64,000 bases of DNA from Pseudomonadota bacterium (lineage in GTDB: Bacteria; Myxococcota; JACRCW01; JAFGSX01), in the NCBI GenBank assembly GCA_043821645.1, contig JBDRCO010000063.1, positions 31,458-95,457 on the forward strand, read 5' to 3'. The position numbers and the translations under genes are program-made. The notes below the pieces were generated by a model. It saw only the letters and a list, made by a program, of their open reading frames with translations, was not told the origin of the DNA and made no database searches. Shown piece by piece: positions 59,162-64,000 of this stretch. Position 1 is the first letter of the stretch; the number at the start of each line of letters is the position of its first letter.

Positions 59162-60654
59162 TGTCACGGGTGGCCAGGCGCATCGTGGTCGCCTTGCTGC
59201 TGGCAGCCTTGCTCCCGCTCGGCGCAGCCCTGCTGCTGGCCCTGGGCCTCACCGAGGTCAGCCTGGGTGTCGGTCTCAACGACACGGTGCAGCGCGGCCT
59301 GGCCAACGACATCCCTCTGTACCGTTCCCTGTTCGACGCCAAGAAGGCGCTCTACCAGGTGACCGCCGATGCGCTGGCCCGGCACCCGGAGCTGAGTGCC
59401 GCCCTGGACGGTGCCGACGCCCAGGCCTGGGTCGAGGCGATGCTCCGCACCACCGAGGACCTGGCGAGCATCAGGTTGCAGCGAGGCGAAACATCCTGGC
59501 ATGACGAGAAGAGCTCCGACCCGGACAGCCGTCCCCTGCGTCTCGAGCGTGATGTGCCCGCCGTTCCCGGTGCCCTGCTGAGTGTGGAGTTTCGCCTTCC
59601 GGGCCGATATCTCCGCGAGCTCGAGGAAGCGCGAGCGCTGACCGAGACCTACCAGGCGCTGTCCTCTGCCCGGGAACAGATCACGCGGTCCTTTTTACTG
59701 TCCTTTGCAGCCATTCTGGGTGTGGTGCTGGCTGGCGCGGTGCTCGCGGGGATGCTCCTCGCCCGGGGTGTCACCCGCCGTGTGACTCGCCTCGCAGCTG
59801 CGACCACCGCCGTGGCCAATGGAGACTTCTCGACCCGGGTGGATCAGAGCGGACACGACGAGATCGCCGAACTGGGGCACGCCTTCAACATCATGGTGGC
59901 CGAGCTGAAGGAGCGCCGCGATCGCATCGTCTATCTCGAGAAGATCAGCGGCTGGCAGGACGTCGCGCGGCGGCTGGCACACGAGATCAAGAACCCGCTC
60001 ACCCCCATCGTGCTCGCCGTGCAACAGCTCGACGAAAAGAAACCCGAGGGCAACCCGAGCTACGCCGCCCTGGTGCACACGGCGCGCGAGGTCATCGAGG
60101 AAGAGGTGGCCTCGCTGCGTCACCTGGTCGAGGAGTTCAGCGCCTTCGCCAAGCTGCCGCAGGTGCAGACAGAGCCCCTCGACCTGGGTGCGTATCTGCG
60201 GGAGGTGAGTGAGAGCCTCGCCGCGACTGTTCCCGAGGCCGACCTGGAACTGCTCATCGGCGACGACCTGGGCTGGGTCGCCCTCGACCGCATGCTGTTC
60301 CGCCGCGTGCTGGGAAACCTGCTGCTCAACGCGTCTCAGGCGCAGACCGCGGGTTCAGCCAGGCCCCGCATCCAGCTCGGTGCGCGGCGACAGTCCTTTG
60401 GCGTCGAGGTCACTGTCGAGGACGCAGGTCCCGGGGTCGACGCGGCGCAGAGTGAGCGCGTGTTCGAGCCCTACGTCACCAGCAAGCCTCAGGGCACGGG
60501 TCTCGGTCTGGCCATCGTGAAGAAGATCGTGCTCCAGCACGGAGGCCATATTCACGTCGAGCGCTCCGCAGCGCTGGGTGGTGCGCGCCTGGTGTTGCGT
60601 CTAGCATCCTGTGATCCTGCCGCCGCCACGGCGGACACGCCGTCGGCCGACTGA
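59161..60654 (+). CDS. HAMP-domain sensor histidine kinase (NtrY-like)
   Basis: 2 TM; HAMP DEIAELGHAFNIM; WQDVARRLAHEIKNPLTPI; N box, DAGPG, GTGLGL. Confidence 0.93.
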   Translation: MSRVARRIVVALLLAALLPLGAALLLALGLTEVSLGVGLNDTVQRGLANDIPLYRSLFDAKKALYQVTADALARHPELSAALDGADAQAWVEAMLRTTEDLASIRLQRGETSWHDEKSSDPDSRPLRLERDVPAVPGALLSVEFRLPGRYLRELEEARALTETYQALSSAREQITRSFLLSFAAILGVVLAGAVLAGMLLARGVTRRVTRLAAATTAVANGDFSTRVDQSGHDEIAELGHAFNIMVAELKERRDRIVYLEKISGWQDVARRLAHEIKNPLTPIVLAVQQLDEKKPEGNPSYAALVHTAREVIEEEVASLRHLVEEFSAFAKLPQVQTEPLDLGAYLREVSESLAATVPEADLELLIGDDLGWVALDRMLFRRVLGNLLLNASQAQTAGSARPRIQLGARRQSFGVEVTVEDAGPGVDAAQSERVFEPYVTSKPQGTGLGLAIVKKIVLQHGGHIHVERSAALGGARLVLRLASCDPAAATADTPSAD

Positions 60655-60694
60655 GGGTCGTACAAGCACGACCGGCTGCGAGGGGAGACCTGCG

Positions 60695-62089
60695 ATGTCT
60701 CGACTAAAACCGGGGAGTCTGACCATTCTCGTCGTCGACGACGAGCGCAACATCCGCCGCACCGTGCGCATGGTGCTCGAGGGCGAGGGCTACCGGGTCG
60801 AGGAGGCCGAATCGGCCGAGGCCATCGATGCTGTGCTCGCCCGGCGCCCGGTGGACCTGGTGATCCTGGATGTGAAGCTGCCCGGCGAGGATGGTCTGTC
60901 TGCCCTGCGCCGCCTGCGCGAGCGCTTGCCACAGCTACCCGTGATCATGGTCAGTGGCCACGCCTCCATTGCCGATGCCGTGGAGGCCACCCGCCTCGGC
61001 GCGCTGGACTTCTTCGAAAAACCCCTGGACCGCGATCGCGTCCTGCTCGCCGTGCGCAATGCCCTCGAACGGGCCAGCCTCGAGGAGCAGGTCGAGGCCC
61101 TGGCCCAGGCCACCCTGGCCAGCGAGGAGATTGAACTCATCGGCGACAGCCCGGCCATGCAGCGCCTCAAGGAGGCCATTCGCAAGGTGGCGCCAACCCC
61201 CGGACGCGTGCTTGTCACCGGCGAGAGCGGCACCGGGAAAGAACTGGTTGCGCGCGCAGTGCACGCCCAGTCCCGTCGCGCCAGCGGCCCCTTCGTCAAG
61301 GTCAATTGCGCGGCCATCTCCCCCGGCCTCATCGAGAGCGAGCTGTTCGGCCACGAACGCGGTTCCTTCTCCGGCGCCGAGCGCCGCAAGCGCGGTCTGT
61401 TCGAGGTGGCGGACGGCGGAACCATCTTTCTCGACGAGATCGGGGACATGTCATTGCCGGCCCAGGCCAAGGTGCTCCGGGTGCTGCAGACGGGTGAGTT
61501 CTCGCGCGTGGGCAGCGAAGCATCCCTGGAGGTGGACGTGCGAGTCATCGCCGCCACCAACTCGGACCTCGAGGCCAAGGTCAAGCACGGCGAATTTCGC
61601 GAGGACCTTTACTATCGCCTGGCCGTGGTCCCCATCGAGACGCCGCCCCTGCGCACCCGTCGCGAAGACATCCCGCAGCTCGCACGCACCTTCGTGGCGC
61701 GCTTCTGCCGCGACAACCGATTCGAGACCAAGACTTTTTCGGACGACGCCTTGGTCCCGATGGGCCACTACAGCTGGCCTGGCAACGTGCGCGAACTCCG
61801 CAACATCTGCGAGCGACTGGTGATCATGGCGGGCGATCCCATCACCCGAGCAGACCTACCGCGGGAGATCTGCGCGCCAGGTGCGGACACCCTGGACCTC
61901 GCGTCCCTGGGCGAGCTGACCCTGCGCGAGCTGCGCGACAAGGTGGAGCGCGCTTTGATCCTGCATCGCCTAGAACAGCTCGACTGGAACGTGACCAGGG
62001 CGGCCGAGGTGCTCGGGATCGAACGCACCAACCTGCACAAGAAGCTGAAGCAGCTCGGGCTGAAGCGCGGCGGGGACGAGGACAGCTGA
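60695..62089 (+). CDS. Sigma-54-dependent response regulator (NtrX/NtrC family)
   Basis: Receiver (VVDDE, LDVK); GESGTGKE; ESELFGHERGSFSGA; WPGNVREL; Fis-type HTH. Confidence 0.93.
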   Translation: MSRLKPGSLTILVVDDERNIRRTVRMVLEGEGYRVEEAESAEAIDAVLARRPVDLVILDVKLPGEDGLSALRRLRERLPQLPVIMVSGHASIADAVEATRLGALDFFEKPLDRDRVLLAVRNALERASLEEQVEALAQATLASEEIELIGDSPAMQRLKEAIRKVAPTPGRVLVTGESGTGKELVARAVHAQSRRASGPFVKVNCAAISPGLIESELFGHERGSFSGAERRKRGLFEVADGGTIFLDEIGDMSLPAQAKVLRVLQTGEFSRVGSEASLEVDVRVIAATNSDLEAKVKHGEFREDLYYRLAVVPIETPPLRTRREDIPQLARTFVARFCRDNRFETKTFSDDALVPMGHYSWPGNVRELRNICERLVIMAGDPITRADLPREICAPGADTLDLASLGELTLRELRDKVERALILHRLEQLDWNVTRAAEVLGIERTNLHKKLKQLGLKRGGDEDS

Positions 62090-62222
62090 CCCGCATTCAC
62101 GGGTCATCGTTCCTGCATGGGTCGCATGGAAGGGGACTGTCGAGGCGCAGAACCTTGCCAGAACCGGGGCGGGGTGCGGGGCAATGGCGACGCCGCGTCG
62201 CTGGTGACGCGCGGCGGAGGCT

Positions 62223-62528
62223 TCACTTCTTGACGGGATTGACCGCGTCCTTGAAGGCCTTGGCCAGGCGCATCTTCACCACGGTCTTGGCCGGGATCTG
62301 CACCGGCTCGCCGGTCCGCGGATTGCGGCCAACACGCGCCTTGCGCTCGGTCCTGGAGAACTTGCCTATACCGGGCAGCGAGAACGCGCCGTTGACCTTG
62401 GTCTCCCTGATCGCGAGATCGGCCAGCTCCTGCAGCAGGTCCTTCGCCATGGCGCGGGGCATCCCGAAGGTCTGCGCGAAATGGGCCACAACCTGGGTCT
62501 TGGACATGGGCTTGCTGGTCTGTGCCAT
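62223..62528 (-). CDS. HU family DNA-binding protein
   Basis: LPGIGKF, RKARVGRNPRTGE...IPAK. Confidence 0.93.
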   Translation of the reverse strand: MAQTSKPMSKTQVVAHFAQTFGMPRAMAKDLLQELADLAIRETKVNGAFSLPGIGKFSRTERKARVGRNPRTGEPVQIPAKTVVKMRLAKAFKDAVNPVKK

Positions 62529-62675
62529 GGGAATCTCCTTCTACTCCGCACCGATCACCATGACCGGTGTGCGCGCAGTTCAGCCACGAGGCGCGTTTAT
62601 ATGCCATGGCTCTGTCTGCAGGTCCACGGAGTTTTCTGCCTCCGCGGGCACCGCGCGATAGCTCAAAGCCCAGTC

Positions 62676-63752
62676 CTAGCCGAACATCATGGCGCGCTCG
62701 AAGTCGGACGGATTGGTCGCGGCTTCCTTGGCAACGTCCATCGAAATGGCACCAGCCTGGAACAGGTCGGCCAGGTGCTGGTCAAAACTCTGCGTGCCGT
62801 AGACATCCCGGCCTTTGGTCAGCAGGTCCGCGAGTTCACCCAGACGTCCCGGCTGTCTGATGAGTTCTTGCGCACCGAGGGTGCTCACCAGGACCTCGCA
62901 GGCCACCACCCGGCCCTGGCCATCCGCCCGGGGCAACAGACGCTGCGAGATACTGGCCCTGAGAGAGTCCGCCAGGCGAAGTCGGACACCGTCCTGCGCG
63001 TCGGCACTGAAGGAACCCACGATGCGACTGATGGTGTGTGCGGCATCGGTGGTGTGGGTCGTCGACAGCACCAGGTGTCCGGTCTCGGCCGCCTTGAGGG
63101 CGATCTCCATGGTTTCCTGGTCGCGCATCTCGCCAACCAAGATGACGTCGGGATCCTGACGCAGGGCCGCGCGCAGAGCCTCGCGAAAGCTCGAGGTATC
63201 CGGCCCCACCTCGCGCTGGGTGATGCGCGAACGCTGGTCCTGGTGCACGTACTCGATGGGATCCTCGATGGTGATCACGTGCCGCGCCTCGGTGCGGTTG
63301 ATGTGATCGACCATCGCGGCCAGGGTCGAGGTCTTGCCCTGGCCCGTGGCGCCTGTCACCAGGATGAGCCCACGCTCGGACAGCGCGATCTTGGCCACCG
63401 CCTCGGGCAGGCCCAGCTGCTGCAAGGTCGGCACCGCAGCCGGGATCGCGCGCAGGACCACGGCCATGCGCCCCATCTGCCGGAACACACTGGCGCGAAA
63501 GCGTCCCACCCCCTCGAGGGCATAGGAGGTGTCGAGGTCGCGCACCTCGTCCAGCGAGACCTTCATCCGCGCCTGGCGCACCACATGCTCGGCGATGCGC
63601 AGCGTGTCCTCGGGTTGCAGCACGGGCACGTTGACCGGACGCAGTGCGCCGCTGATGCGAACAGAAGGCTGGGATCCAGGCTTGAAGTGAAGATCCGAGG
63701 CGCCCGCCTTGACCGCGCCGCCCAGGAACAGATTGAAGGTGGCGAGGTCCAT
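62676..63752 (-). CDS. pilT: PilT/PilU family type IV pilus retraction ATPase
   Basis: ASDLH, GATGQGKT, TIEDPIE, ALRQDPDVILVGEMRD, AAETGHLV. Confidence 0.9.
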   Translation of the reverse strand: MDLATFNLFLGGAVKAGASDLHFKPGSQPSVRISGALRPVNVPVLQPEDTLRIAEHVVRQARMKVSLDEVRDLDTSYALEGVGRFRASVFRQMGRMAVVLRAIPAAVPTLQQLGLPEAVAKIALSERGLILVTGATGQGKTSTLAAMVDHINRTEARHVITIEDPIEYVHQDQRSRITQREVGPDTSSFREALRAALRQDPDVILVGEMRDQETMEIALKAAETGHLVLSTTHTTDAAHTISRIVGSFSADAQDGVRLRLADSLRASISQRLLPRADGQGRVVACEVLVSTLGAQELIRQPGRLGELADLLTKGRDVYGTQSFDQHLADLFQAGAISMDVAKEAATNPSDFERAMMFG

Positions 63753-63753
63753 G

Positions 63754-64000
63754 TCAGAACACTCCGTGGCGCAGGGCTTCCTCGACGGGAACGTGATCGT
63801 TGGCGCGACGCAGGCGGTCCGCCAGCGTGCGACAGAAGGCCTTGTACACCTTGACGGCCAGGACGTGGTCGCGCTCCATCAGATCGTCGAAATCGGACCG
63901 CGGGATGCTGAGGACCTCGGACTCGGTGTCGGCTGCGACTCGACCCGAGGTGAGCACGTCGTCAACCAGGCTCATCTCGCCGAGCAGCTCGCCCGGGCCC
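63754..64000 (-). CDS. Cyclic nucleotide-binding domain protein (5'-truncated by window)
   Basis: GPGELLGEMSLVD...A.TESEVLSIPRSDF; ADRLRRAN. Confidence 0.8.
   Translation of the reverse strand, partial: GPGELLGEMSLVDDVLTSGRVAADTESEVLSIPRSDFDDLMERDHVLAVKVYKAFCRTLADRLRRANDHVPVEEALRHGVF

Overview
High-GC chromosomal window whose gene content (tandem Hanks-type kinases, AgmX/PglI-domain protein, PilT, sigma-54 regulator, Cys-rich lipoproteins) suggests a Myxococcota/deltaproteobacterial genome; the taxonomy is an inference. All calls come from reading motifs by eye, with no database searches. Main blocks: folD and housekeeping genes (1-8.1 kb); an ArsR-led polysulfide/thiosulfate reductase operon with two YeeE-type genes inserted between psrB and psrC, one ending in a SoxY-like GGCG tail (8.4-14.2 kb); a condensation-domain-free five-gene biosynthetic cluster of stand-alone adenylation domain, AmmeMemoRadiSam-type radical SAM enzyme, PLP trans-sulfuration enzyme, DltC-like carrier protein and GNAT (14.3-19.6 kb); tRNA-Ser(GCT) and tRNA-Arg(ACG); two paralogous Ser/Thr kinases; and an accessory block (33.6-41.9 kb). 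In that block, unrelated cargo genes are separated by related GGTGCC/GGCACC-core motifs, several expanded into stuttered tandem repeats, next to a RAYT-like Y1 HUH transposase and a decayed IS91 transposase. The rest holds ABC transporters (including a MalE-MalF fusion), a trypsin-like protease, an Omp85/DUF4390-like/NtrYX-like operon, HU and pilT. The best candidates for undescribed systems are the RAYT-associated repeat-bounded gene array and the A-domain/radical SAM/PLP/carrier/GNAT cluster.
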